Source: Azolla caroliniana
Taxonomy: Eukaryota > Plantae > Polypodiophyta
Assembly: GCA_043228905.1 (NCBI GenBank)
Contig: JBHGNT010000273.1
Location: 1 to 41,722, forward strand
Length of the DNA stretch: 41,722 bases
Reading direction: 5' to 3'
Shown: positions 25,595-35,862 of the stretch, one piece after another
Layout: every line of letters begins with the position of its first letter
Position numbering within the stretch: the stretch's first letter is position 1
Notes under the pieces: generated by a model
Databases searched by the model: none
The model's input: the letters and a program-made list of their open reading frames with translations, nothing else
What the model was told of the DNA's origin: nothing
Made by a program: the position numbers and the translations under genes

Positions 25595-26465
25595 TCAAAA
25601 GAATTTAATACTATTTTAACAGTAGTCGATCGATTTACCAAGATGGCACATTTTTCACCATGTGTAAAGAGCATCAGTAGTCAGGAAACCATAGATCTCA
25701 TTGTGCATGAAGTGTCATCCACAAACTGATGGACAAACAGAGCGCACAAATCAAATGCTCGAGCAATATCATCATTGCTTCATCAATTATCAACAACATG
25801 ATTGTAGTAATGTTTTATATCTTGCTTGGTTTGCATATAATAACAGGATACACTCTTCTACCAAGGTTACACCTTTCTTTGCCTACAGTGGCAACCATCC
25901 TCGATGGTGTATCCAAGATCTTCTTGAGGTCGCACGGAACTGTAGTGCAAAGTATTAGCTTCATCGACTACACCAAATCCAGTTAGTGTTATCCTCACAT
26001 CTTCAAACATCGTAAGCACAACATAAGACTAATGCAAATCGCCATCATCTTATGTCTCCATTTAAGGTTGGTGACCGAGTATGGTTGCTTCGTCGTCACG
26101 TCAAGACTAACCCACCCTGTGAGAAACTTGATTATCAGTGCTTAGGTCATTTTCTCATCACGGCGTGGATTAATGATGCAACCTTTCGTCTTAACCTTCC
26201 AGCACACATGCAGCTTCACCCAATCTTTCATAGCTCTCTTTTGGAACCTTGTCACACCTCTTCCATTCCTAATCGAGTCGTGCCACCTCCGCCCCCAATC
26301 CAACTTGTTGACGGCCCCGAATATGAGATAACAACTATTCTCGATTCTAAGATTGTGCGTAATAAGCTCTATTATTTGGTTCATTGGGTACGCTATCGTC
26401 CAAGTGATCGCACTTGGGAACCCATCAATACTGTTTCTAATGCTCAAGCTCTTGTCGACGACTTC
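25595..26465 (+). pseudogene. Chromovirus integrase and chromodomain remnant
   Basis: VVDRFTKMAHF, HPQTDGQTER, FKVGDRVWL, EYEITTILDSK..YYLVHW..RTWEP. Confidence 0.88.
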
Positions 26466-26469
26466 ATGG

Positions 26470-26755
26470 ACATAAACATCATGGCTTCACCTAGGCTTGA
26501 ACCCAAGACCTTGTAATACATAATGAAGAACCCAACCATTAAGATATCCTATGATTATATGAGATGATAAAGGCTACTTCTTGTAATACACCGATTATTG
26601 TATATACTCAGGAACATTATCCTAGAACATCTTAGAATATTCTAGGTCTAGAACATTATAGAAATCTCTACGCTATTCTATAGGAACCTATAAAAATAGG
26701 GGCATACATGTATTCTCAAATCAATACCAATCTTAAGCTCTCATCGCCTATCTTG
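26470..26755 (+). repeat. Partial chromovirus-type LTR
   Basis: Follows the chromodomain. TCTAGAA-rich U3-like region and CCTATAAAAATAGG near 26687. Boundaries approximate. Confidence 0.5.
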
Positions 26756-27243
26756 TGTCAAGGCCTTAGCTTGACAAAAGAAGATTGAACAAGAGAGGAA
26801 AAGAAAGAGAGAACAATGCCTATATTTTTATTATAATAGGAAATTATACAAAATGAAGAACTAGAATATTTGACAAAGATTGGTGTTGAACTAGAATGGT
26901 TCTAACAATCCAATATGTCCTATTTATATAGGAGTAGTATGTGCCCCTTGGATGTTTGTAGGGTCATGATACCCTTTGGGATGTTGTAGGGTCATGATAC
27001 CCTTTGGGATATTGAAGAGTCTTGGCAACCTTTGGGATATTGAAGGGTCTTGGCACCTTTTGGGATATTGAAAGGCACCCTTTGGATATTTATAGGTTTA
27101 CATTGTCAATATTATAATAAAGTAAATTATACTATCTTTACGTAAAACATATATAACCTAATGGCTAGAGTTGAGTGGTCCTCTTTAGGAGGTCACGGGT
27201 TCGAGTCACCCTAAACCTCATGGGGTTTCATCTAATCATCACA
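26756..27243 (-). repeat. 3' LTR of the minus-strand chromovirus
   Basis: PPT AAAGGAGGGAGATGG then TGTGATG on the minus strand; ends TTGTCAAGCTAAGGCCTTGACA; ~27-bp tandem repeats at 26940-27090. Confidence 0.75.
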
Positions 27244-27514
27244 CCATCTCCCTCCTTTGATGACAAGTTCCACGAGTCATAATGCATGAATTGGGGCTCG
27301 ACTTATTTGGATATTGACGATGAAATTCAGCTACAAGATCAGAGGTGTTGTCAAGGTTCTCGGCTAGTTCCCAAGTACGATCATTAGGTGTATAACCTAA
27401 CCAGTCGACGAGATAATAAAGCTTCTTACGTACTATCTTGGAGTCCAAAACAACTTTGACTTCAAATTTTGGGCCGGAAACAAGTTGAACCGGAGGTGGG
27501 GGTAGAACAACCCG
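27239..27514 (-). pseudogene. Chromodomain end of the minus-strand chromovirus pol
   Basis: FEVKVVLDSKIVRKKLYYLVDWLGYTPNDRTWE; duplicated at 33179-33417. Confidence 0.88.
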
Positions 27515-27515
27515 T

Positions 27516-28193
27516 TGTCGAGATATTTCGCGCGTGCGTGGAGAAGGGCGGAACCACGGGGGTCTTGGACTAAGGAGAAGGGGAGAAGGAATAGGACTTC
27601 GGAATGGAGCTTAGCACAAGAAGAGAAAGAATGAACAAGAGGAAGATGGAGGCCAAATGCTCAACAAGATATATTAGAACCGAAAACCGATTACAAAAAT
27701 GGCGGCCGCGTAGGCCGCACCAAACGACTATGATTAACCCGAAACCCTAATCCGTCGAAGAAGAAAAGAAACCCTAAACCTAACGCTCGTCCTATGTGGT
27801 ATACCTTTCGCACTCAAAATTAGGCAACCCCCACAATGGTGCTCTTCCTCTCCTTTTATAGCACAAGGAGAGAAGACCGTTTACAAAAAGGGTGCTACAA
27901 AATATCCCCTTTCAATCAATGGGGATATTTCCCTTGATTTTAGGGGAGGTGGGAAGGATGGGTCTTAACTCCCACCTCTACACGAACTACTATGTACCTA
28001 TCTCTCTCTCTCACGTGGATGTGCGCGCAAAAGCACATCACCTTTACACTTTACAAATCCTAAGGTGCATTTCTAGCACCATACTTATCACTATCGATAA
28101 ATAGAATTACAACATGTTGATGTGCAACGTTGCACATCGCGGGTTTGCTTGCTTCGCTCGGTTTTCCGCCTATGGACGAAAATCTTCACGACA
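27516..28193 (-). repeat. Family B 3' LTR
   Basis: No difference from 32499-33176 seen by eye; identical 70-aa ORFs at offset 4983. Confidence 0.95.
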
Positions 28194-31100
28194 TCCGCCC
28201 CCACCTAACCGCACATCCACCGGTATGTGCCAAAAGGGGAACAAAACGCGAGATTTTCGGCCAAGGCGGCCAACCGAGCCCTTGACAACCTCGTGGGCTT
28301 GCCCGGCTTCGTCTTCCACTTCGAGCAAGTCCACCCCGTCCACACGAACCACCGTCGCCTTCCGGCCCACCATCTCCGCCGAATGGTCTCGAACCGTCGG
28401 CTCCATCCGATCCGCCACACTTGACGACGTTCGCCGAGTCGTTGCCTCCACCCGATCCGCCACGTCCACCGTGATTCCTCGAACCACCGACTTCCCTCGG
28501 ACCGCCATATCCGATGCCCGCGCTTTCCTCCCCGTTCGGTCCTCCCGAACGCCGTTGCCGACCCTTTGTCTGCCTCGCGTATCCTCCGGATCCGCCTTTT
28601 TCGTGCCGCGCACCTCGTCGTGCCGACTCTTCTCGCTCCACGGTTGCCTTCCGTAGGCTTTCCCCGTACGTCGGTGTCGTCCTCCGAATGCGTGCTTGTG
28701 CTTCGGTCCTTCGATGACCCCATCACGCATTTTTCGCCTTCCCTTTTTCTTGCCGTGCTCTCTCGCCGTAGAGCATACCATCGTTCCCGTGCTCGTTGCT
28801 TGGCCCTCATGCGGCCGTATTGCATGTTTCGCATCCCGCTCCTCTTCGCGTACCCTTTCGGAAAGGTACCCTTCTTCCCCGACCTCCGTTTCGCTCGGAG
28901 GAACACCCTCTTGGCCCTCTTGGCCCGCTCGACCGCACACATCCTTCGTGATGTCGTGTTCGTTCCTTTGGGCGCATACATCTTCGTTCTCCGCGACCTC
29001 CCGTATGCCTCTCTCGGTGCCTTCATCCGTTGTGGCCTTCGTCCCCTCGCCGCCACCGTCCGCCACTCTTGGTCTCACGTCGGCACTCGCGCCGACCGCC
29101 GGAGTCTCTATAGCCGGTGTGGAGGATCCCTCTCGGGCCTTATCTTCGTGGCCGCCGGTCTTAGCCTCTCCGTAGGCCACCTCTTCCCACCAATCTTCCC
29201 TAGCATCGTGCCAGGTCTCGTCGTCGCCGCCTTCCTCCTCGTATTCGCCTCTCGAAGGCGTGATCCGACCGTCATCTTCGGTCGCTCGATGTGGCTCCTT
29301 CGTAGGCATGCTTGTGTCTTGGCCCTCCATCGGCCGTATTGCATGCATCTCGTCTCGCTCTTCCGCCGTAGACCCGACCTCCGTGTCGGTCTTCTCCTCC
29401 TTTGTCGCCGTAGCCCGTTCCGACACGGGCTCGCCGTCTTGGACCCACCCGTCCACCATCTCGTACCGGATATCCGTTCCGGTAACCTCGTACGCTCCGG
29501 CCTCCGACTCCTCGCCGCCACCCGCCGTTTCTCCGGTCTTATGTTGATCCGCAACCGCCGTAGTCTCTAGAGTGGGTATGGAGGGTCTCGTTTGTTTCCG
29601 TTTTTCCCCCGAACCATGGTCGTCGTGCCCGGTTAGCCTCCATCTCGCGCTTACCGGCTCCCATCGTAACCGTAACCGTAACCGTAACCGGCCAATCGGT
29701 CTCGCCGGCTTCCTTCGGTTTGGGCCCGGTTCGCCGGCCCTTACTCTCTTCTTCTTCCGTGCCGTATTCCGGTCGGGTCGGTTCCCGACTCTCTCCTCGT
29801 TTCCGCTCCGGTCCTCTCCGTCGGACCCACCGTATACGCCCATTCCGGGCCCCGCATACTCGTCTTCGTATGCGCTCTCTCCGGGCCTCACCTCCTCACG
29901 GTCACCGCCCATCTCTCCGGTCTCATGTTGGCATTCGAGCGCAACCACCGAAGTCTCCGGCCCCGGTGTCAAGGGGTCTTGCCTCCGTCCGCTCCAATCT
30001 TCCTTCTCGTTTCCGTTGCCCGCCTTGCCGCCGTCACCTCCCGTCGCACTAAGCCTCATGCCGGCACTCGGGCCGGCCATTGGAGCCTCTAGGATTGGTG
30101 TGGGTAAGGACCCGGCACCGCCGCTTGTTGTCTCCGTAGCCGCTTTCGTTCGGACGTCGTTGTCCGCGGCTCCCCCATCTCCGATTTCGTAAGCCTCTAG
30201 TATGCTTGCCACCACCTCTTCTTCGCCGTTCTCCGCGTCATTTTGTTTGCCCGCCTTGCCGCCACCACCGCCCGTCATTCTAGGTCTCGTGCCGGCACTC
30301 GGGCCGACCGCCGAAGCCTCTAGGGCCGGTGTGTGGAAGGTCGCGGCACCACCGCTCGCCTCCTCTCCGCTCGGTGTTTTGGGCCGCCGTGCCCCGAATC
30401 TTCCGCCCACTTTCGAAGTGGCGCTCTCCGCTTTGTAGTCACCGGCCTCATCCTTGGCCGTCCATTCGCCGCAAGACGAGAGGGTTGCTCGCTCCGCACC
30501 CTCTCCCATGTCGTCGTCGTTTCGGTTGCCCGCCTTGCCGTCCGTCACTCTAGGCCTCTCGCCGGCTCTCGGGCCGGGTGCCGGAGTCTCTAGGACCGGT
30601 GTGTGGAAGGTCGCGACACCACCACTCCTCTCGTCCGTAGCCACCTCCATTCGGACATCGTCGTCCGTGGCTACCCCATCTCCGGTTTCGCAAGCATCGA
30701 GTATGCTTGCCGCCGCCTCTTCTTCGCCGGTCTCGTCCTCATCTCGGTTGTCCGCCTTGCCGCCGCCACCGTCCGTAGCCCTAGGTCTCGTGTCGGCACT
30801 CGGGCCGACCGCCGAAGCCTCTAGGGCCGGTGTGTGGAAGGTCGCGACACCATCGCTCGTTTCGTCTTCCTCCTCCATTTCGCAAGCCTCGAGTATGCTC
30901 GCGAAATCCTCGTAGAACGTTTCGGGCAACCGCGTCCCGAAACTTCCGCCCACTCTCGAAGTGGCGTCCATCGCTCCGTAGATATCGGCCTCGTCCATGG
31001 CCGTTCTTTTTCCCCGAGATGAGACGGTCGCTTGCTCCGCACCTTCTCTCGTGTCGACGCCGTGGTCGCCCGCCTTGCCACCGCCACCGCCTTTCACCAT

Positions 31101-32456
31101 AGGTCTTACGCGGGCACTCGGGCCGGCCGCCGTGATCTCTAGGAATGACGCGTGTAAGGTCGCGGAACCGCCGCTCGTCAATGTAATGTCTGTAGCCACC
31201 TCCGCTCGGACGTCGTTGTCCGTGGCTGCCCCGCCTCCGTATATGCAAGCATCGGTTATGCTTGCCGCCGCCTCTTCCGCGGTCTCCTTACCGTTGTCTC
31301 GGTTGCCCGCCTTGCCGCCGCCACCGTTCTTTTCCCTCGGTCTCACGCGGGCGCTCGGCCCGGCCGCCGGGGTCTCTTGAACCGGTGCGTGGAAGGTTGC
31401 GGTACCGCCGCTTGTCTCCTCCGTACTCGATGATTCGGGCCACCATGTCCCGAATCCGCCATGTCCGCTCGAATCGGCGATCGCCGCCTCACCGTCCCCG
31501 ACCTCGTCCTCGGTCGTTCTTCTCCCCCATGTCGAGAGGGCGGCTCGCTCCGCACCCTCTCCCGTGGTACCGATGTACCATTCTCTTTCGGCCTCCGCAT
31601 AGGCCCCGTCCTCCAAGTGTGAGGAAGCTCCTTCCTCCGCGTCCTCCGATCCGCTCGGGCCCGACCCCGCAATAAGCCATTCTTCGTCTTCGATTTTCGC
31701 CATTACGAGCCCGCACGCCTCCCGTATTAGCGCTTGTAGGTCGAGCCCCTCCAAACCGGTTCGCGATGAGCTCTCGTCCGACGGCATGGCGGAGTCGGTC
31801 GTCGCTCTCTCTTCTCCCCCGCTCGCGGGCCGTGTTGTGGCCGACCGCCTCGCCTCATGTTGCCGACACACCCATTCCACTTCAGGCCACTCCTCGGTGA
31901 GACCATGCGCCCCATAATCGTCTTGAAGCTCGAACATGATGTCCATCCTCTCCTCATGATGGACCGTCTCCAAAAATAGGAGGACTTTGTCCGCCCCCAC
32001 CGATCTTCGTTCCCACTCCGAGAGTTGAGAGAAACGACGCTCGAACTCTCGGAATGCCTCTATTGCGCTCCGATGGCGCCTCGCCGACGCCATCCACCGA
32101 TCGAACTCTCGCCGACCTCTTACCTCCGATTCCGCGCACCCGTATGCCTCCATTAGAGCCTCTTCAAAGGACTCCCACGATTCGTGAGCTTCTTGGAGCT
32201 CCTTGACCTCCTCGTACTTTGATGCGGCCGCCGCTCGACGAAAGAACTCTAGCCTCGTCGCTTCGTCCACGCCCATCCCCGTCATTTCCGCATCGTAGGC
32301 TCTCAAAAATTTTGGGACCTCCTTCCCATCGAACCGGCCGACTAGACGGACCACCCTTTCGACCGCTTGTTGAGCCGCCTCTCGCCTCGCCCTCTTCCGT
32401 CCGGCGTCCATCAAGATCTTTGTCATCATCTCCTCGAAGTCGAAGCCTTCTTCCAT
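28170..32456 (-). CDS. 1428-aa Gag-like protein: capsid-like N-terminus plus long acidic, repetitive tail; no pol
   Basis: Uninterrupted ORF starting about 20 nt after the PBS. Helical N-terminus GRFDGKEVPKFLRAYD..ESWESFEEALMEAY. No knuckle, PR, RT or INT motif seen. Stop codon lies inside the 3' LTR. Confidence 0.8.
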   Translation of the reverse strand: MEEGFDFEEMMTKILMDAGRKRARREAAQQAVERVVRLVGRFDGKEVPKFLRAYDAEMTGMGVDEATRLEFFRRAAAASKYEEVKELQEAHESWESFEEALMEAYGCAESEVRGRREFDRWMASARRHRSAIEAFREFERRFSQLSEWERRSVGADKVLLFLETVHHEERMDIMFELQDDYGAHGLTEEWPEVEWVCRQHEARRSATTRPASGGEERATTDSAMPSDESSSRTGLEGLDLQALIREACGLVMAKIEDEEWLIAGSGPSGSEDAEEGASSHLEDGAYAEAEREWYIGTTGEGAERAALSTWGRRTTEDEVGDGEAAIADSSGHGGFGTWWPESSSTEETSGGTATFHAPVQETPAAGPSARVRPREKNGGGGKAGNRDNGKETAEEAAASITDACIYGGGAATDNDVRAEVATDITLTSGGSATLHASFLEITAAGPSARVRPMVKGGGGGKAGDHGVDTREGAEQATVSSRGKRTAMDEADIYGAMDATSRVGGSFGTRLPETFYEDFASILEACEMEEEDETSDGVATFHTPALEASAVGPSADTRPRATDGGGGKADNRDEDETGEEEAAASILDACETGDGVATDDDVRMEVATDERSGGVATFHTPVLETPAPGPRAGERPRVTDGKAGNRNDDDMGEGAERATLSSCGEWTAKDEAGDYKAESATSKVGGRFGARRPKTPSGEEASGGAATFHTPALEASAVGPSAGTRPRMTGGGGGKAGKQNDAENGEEEVVASILEAYEIGDGGAADNDVRTKAATETTSGGAGSLPTPILEAPMAGPSAGMRLSATGGDGGKAGNGNEKEDWSGRRQDPLTPGPETSVVALECQHETGEMGGDREEVRPGESAYEDEYAGPGMGVYGGSDGEDRSGNEERVGNRPDRNTARKKKRVRAGEPGPNRRKPARPIGRLRLRLRLRWEPVSARWRLTGHDDHGSGEKRKQTRPSIPTLETTAVADQHKTGETAGGGEESEAGAYEVTGTDIRYEMVDGWVQDGEPVSERATATKEEKTDTEVGSTAEERDEMHAIRPMEGQDTSMPTKEPHRATEDDGRITPSRGEYEEEGGDDETWHDAREDWWEEVAYGEAKTGGHEDKAREGSSTPAIETPAVGASADVRPRVADGGGEGTKATTDEGTERGIREVAENEDVCAQRNEHDITKDVCGRAGQEGQEGVPPSETEVGEEGYLSERVREEERDAKHAIRPHEGQATSTGTMVCSTAREHGKKKGRRKMRDGVIEGPKHKHAFGGRHRRTGKAYGRQPWSEKSRHDEVRGTKKADPEDTRGRQRVGNGVREDRTGRKARASDMAVRGKSVVRGITVDVADRVEATTRRTSSSVADRMEPTVRDHSAEMVGRKATVVRVDGVDLLEVEDEAGQAHEVVKGSVGRLGRKSRVLFPFWHIPVDVRLGGGGCREDFRP

Positions 32457-32476
32457 CTCTTTCTCCCTTGCCGCCC

Positions 32477-32494
32477 TTCACGTCGGGTTCACCA
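32477..32494 (-). promoter_or_regulatory. Primer-binding site, tRNA-Trp
   Basis: Same 18-mer as 17637-17654, 4 nt from the LTR. Confidence 0.85.
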
Positions 32495-32498
32495 AAGA

Positions 32499-33176
32499 TG
32501 TCGAGATATTTCGCGCGTGCGTGGAGAAGGGCGGAACCACGGGGGTCTTGGACTAAGGAGAAGGGGAGAAGGAATAGGACTTCGGAATGGAGCTTAGCAC
32601 AAGAAGAGAAAGAATGAACAAGAGGAAGATGGAGGCCAAATGCTCAACAAGATATATTAGAACCGAAAACCGATTACAAAAATGGCGGCCGCGTAGGCCG
32701 CACCAAACGACTATGATTAACCCGAAACCCTAATCCGTCGAAGAAGAAAAGAAACCCTAAACCTAACGCTCGTCCTATGTGGTATACCTTTCGCACTCAA
32801 AATTAGGCAACCCCCACAATGGTGCTCTTCCTCTCCTTTTATAGCACAAGGAGAGAAGACCGTTTACAAAAAGGGTGCTACAAAATATCCCCTTTCAATC
32901 AATGGGGATATTTCCCTTGATTTTAGGGGAGGTGGGAAGGATGGGTCTTAACTCCCACCTCTACACGAACTACTATGTACCTATCTCTCTCTCTCACGTG
33001 GATGTGCGCGCAAAAGCACATCACCTTTACACTTTACAAATCCTAAGGTGCATTTCTAGCACCATACTTATCACTATCGATAAATAGAATTACAACATGT
33101 TGATGTGCAACGTTGCACATCGCGGGTTTGCTTGCTTCGCTCGGTTTTCCGCCTATGGACGAAAATCTTCACGACA
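32499..33176 (-). repeat. Family B 5' LTR
   Basis: 678-bp direct repeat of 27516-28193. Confidence 0.95.
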
Positions 33177-33178
33177 CC

Positions 33179-34800
33179 GTCATAATGCATGAATTGGGGC
33201 TCGACTTTTTTGGATATTGACGATGAAATTCAGCTACAAGATCAGAGGTGTTGTCAAGGTTCTCGGCTAGTTCCCAAGTACGATCATTAGGTGTATAACC
33301 TAACCAGTCGACGAGATAATAAAGCTTCTTACGTACTATCTTGGAGTCCAAAACAACTTTGACTTCAAATTTTGGGCCGGAAACAAGTTGAACCGGAGGT
33401 GGGGGTAGAACAACCCGATTTAGAATGGAACTAGCATTGTAAGGTTCCAACAATGAGACAAATACTGGGTGTAGATGCATGTGTGGGGGAAGATCAAGGC
33501 AAAATGCAACATCATTGATTTGATGAGAGATAATAAATGGACCAAGCCGTTGATAATAAATGAACCAAGTGTAAAAAATCCACCCAATCATCCTGTTGAT
33601 AATTGATGAAACATCAAAGATATTGTTCTAGAGTTTTATTTGTGCGTCTGTTTGACCGTCACTTTGTGGATGATAGCTTGAAGAAAGTTTACAAGAGACT
33701 TTGAGCATCTCAAGCAACTGTTTCCAGAATTTTGAGATGAATTGTGCGCCACGATCACTAATGATGTCATTTGGAAGACCATGAAGCTGAAATACTTGTT
33801 TCATAATGATGTCTGCAGTTTCTATACTATTGATAGTTTTCGTGCATGGAAGAAAATGCGTCATCTTTGTGAATCGATTTATTACAGTGAGGATAGCATC
33901 AAAACTCTTTGAAAAGTGAAGATCTATTATAAAGTCCACAGAGATGGATTTCCACGAACCAGTAGGAACTGGCCATGGATGTAATAACCCATATGGTCGA
34001 TGTCGTGGAATCTTTGATCGACAACACACGTCACAAGTACGAACATAATCCTCAACAAACTCCCGAAGATGAGGCCACCAATAGTTTCGAGAAACTAGCT
34101 CCAAAGTTTTGTGGATTCCAAAGTGACCAACCATTGGGTTGTCATGACAATATTGCATTACTTGGAGTCGAGATGAACCATTGGGGATATACAAAAGAGT
34201 GTTACGAAAAAGTAACCCATTTTTCCATTGAAATTGGTTATAATGTTTACAAGGATACTTGGATTTTGAAGAAGATGCACGATCTGAAATGATATGATTC
34301 AATACATCTTGAGGAAATTCATCAGAAATGATACCTATTTGCATTGAATCAAGGAGCCTAGAATCTTCAAGTGCTTTAGAGGCATTAATAGTCAATAGTC
34401 GAAACCGATCAGGCCCTAGGATGACTTGCTTTTGATGATCAAATGTGGGCTCACCTGGTTGTGGTGCTAAATAAGATCGTCATGATAAAGAGTCTACCTT
34501 TCCTTGTTGTACTCGAGGGAAATATGTGATGAGGAAGTCAAAATGCGTCAGGAATTGTGTCCAACGAGCTTGGCTTCAACTCAAGACTCTAGCATTTTGA
34601 AAGTATGTGAGGTTTTTATGATCATGGTAAACAATGATTTGGTGGGGAGAACCTTCTAAGAGATTCCTCCATTGTTCAAACGAATCTAGAATGGCGAGGA
34701 GCTCTTTGTCGTGATTCTCATAATTGATCTCTGCAGCTTCGAATTTGCGTGAATGGAAAGCAATTGGATGCAGCTTTCCGTCATCTCCAACCTGCGACAA
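33179..34800 (-). pseudogene. Chromovirus pol remnant (RNase H, integrase, chromodomain), 5'-truncated
   Basis: [52 protein letters not shown], chromodomain; multiple stops and deletions. Confidence 0.9.
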
Positions 34801-35862
34801 GATACTTTGTAATGAACACGTTCGCGTTCACAAGTGGAAGGATTGCGCATTCCACTTGTAGAATCTTCTTAAAACGAAGCAAATACACCCTCTCTACAAT
34901 AATTGGATGCACTAGTATCACATGTTCCTCAACTTGATAAGAATTTGCAAATATAAAAATACATGATAGATCTACGAGTGGAGATCATTAGAAATCATGC
35001 AAGTTTAGACATGTTGATAAGTTAATGTAGGCATAATAAAGTTCAACTATGGCTCAATATGGCACTATTGTGCGACAAGGTAAACACTAACTTAAAGACT
35101 TATATTAATTAGGTAGGTTTTACAAAAATATGAGGTGTACTTGTATCCATACTAATAAAATGAGATATAATTTATACTTTGACCCATACGTGCATGTATG
35201 TAATTGTGGAAAATGTAGGATAGTGCACATTAGGATAAGTGATTGGAATAACTAACTTATTAAAGTATTCAATACTTGTATTAAAAGTTGATCTAATCTA
35301 TTCCTCAATTTGTTCATATGGGATCAAACCATATGTGTATATAATTGTGCACAATGTAAGGCAGTGAACTTTAGGATAATGTCGTGGAAATAACAAACCT
35401 ATTAGGCTTTCATACCTGTATTTAAAATTGATCTACTCTATTGCTTAGGTGATTCACACAAGATCAAACTCCGAACGATAACGCAACTGGAACCATTATC
35501 AACACACTACACAATCTAAGCAGCAATGGAATAGAAACATAATAGTTTTAACAATATAAGACAAAGATCCATAATAACAACATGGACAGTCATGGCAACA
35601 ATTATAGGGCCATGTTCTGTTAAGGTTAGCTTGGACCAAAATCAGCCTCCATTTAAACTAGTTCATGTTTCTCCATAAGTTTGGTAGTCAGCTATGCACG
35701 CGGTGAAACCAATATCATAAATCTACTAATCAAGTATATAAAAATAAAATTGAAACATATAGAAGATTATAAAGAATAGAATCCACTAGGTAAAACCCAA
35801 AATTTGTATTAATAATGTGAAATCTTAACAAATCGTCAGTGTCATATTCTTTATAGAGTCTA

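Larger units (their letters stand above)
27516..33176 (-). mobile_element. Intact, very young gag-only LTR retroelement (family B)
   Basis: Two 678-bp TGTCG..CGACA LTRs, tRNA-Trp PBS, PPT AGGTGGGGGCGGA, single 1428-aa ORF, CCGT on both flanks. Confidence 0.93.

Noticed and set aside
27742-27785. Telomeric repeat array
   Set aside because: Only two isolated AAACCCTAA words inside an LTR, not a tandem array.
28186-32617. Many overlapping ORFs on both strands
   Set aside because: Shadow frames of a GC-rich, repetitive coding sequence, with no recognisable motifs.
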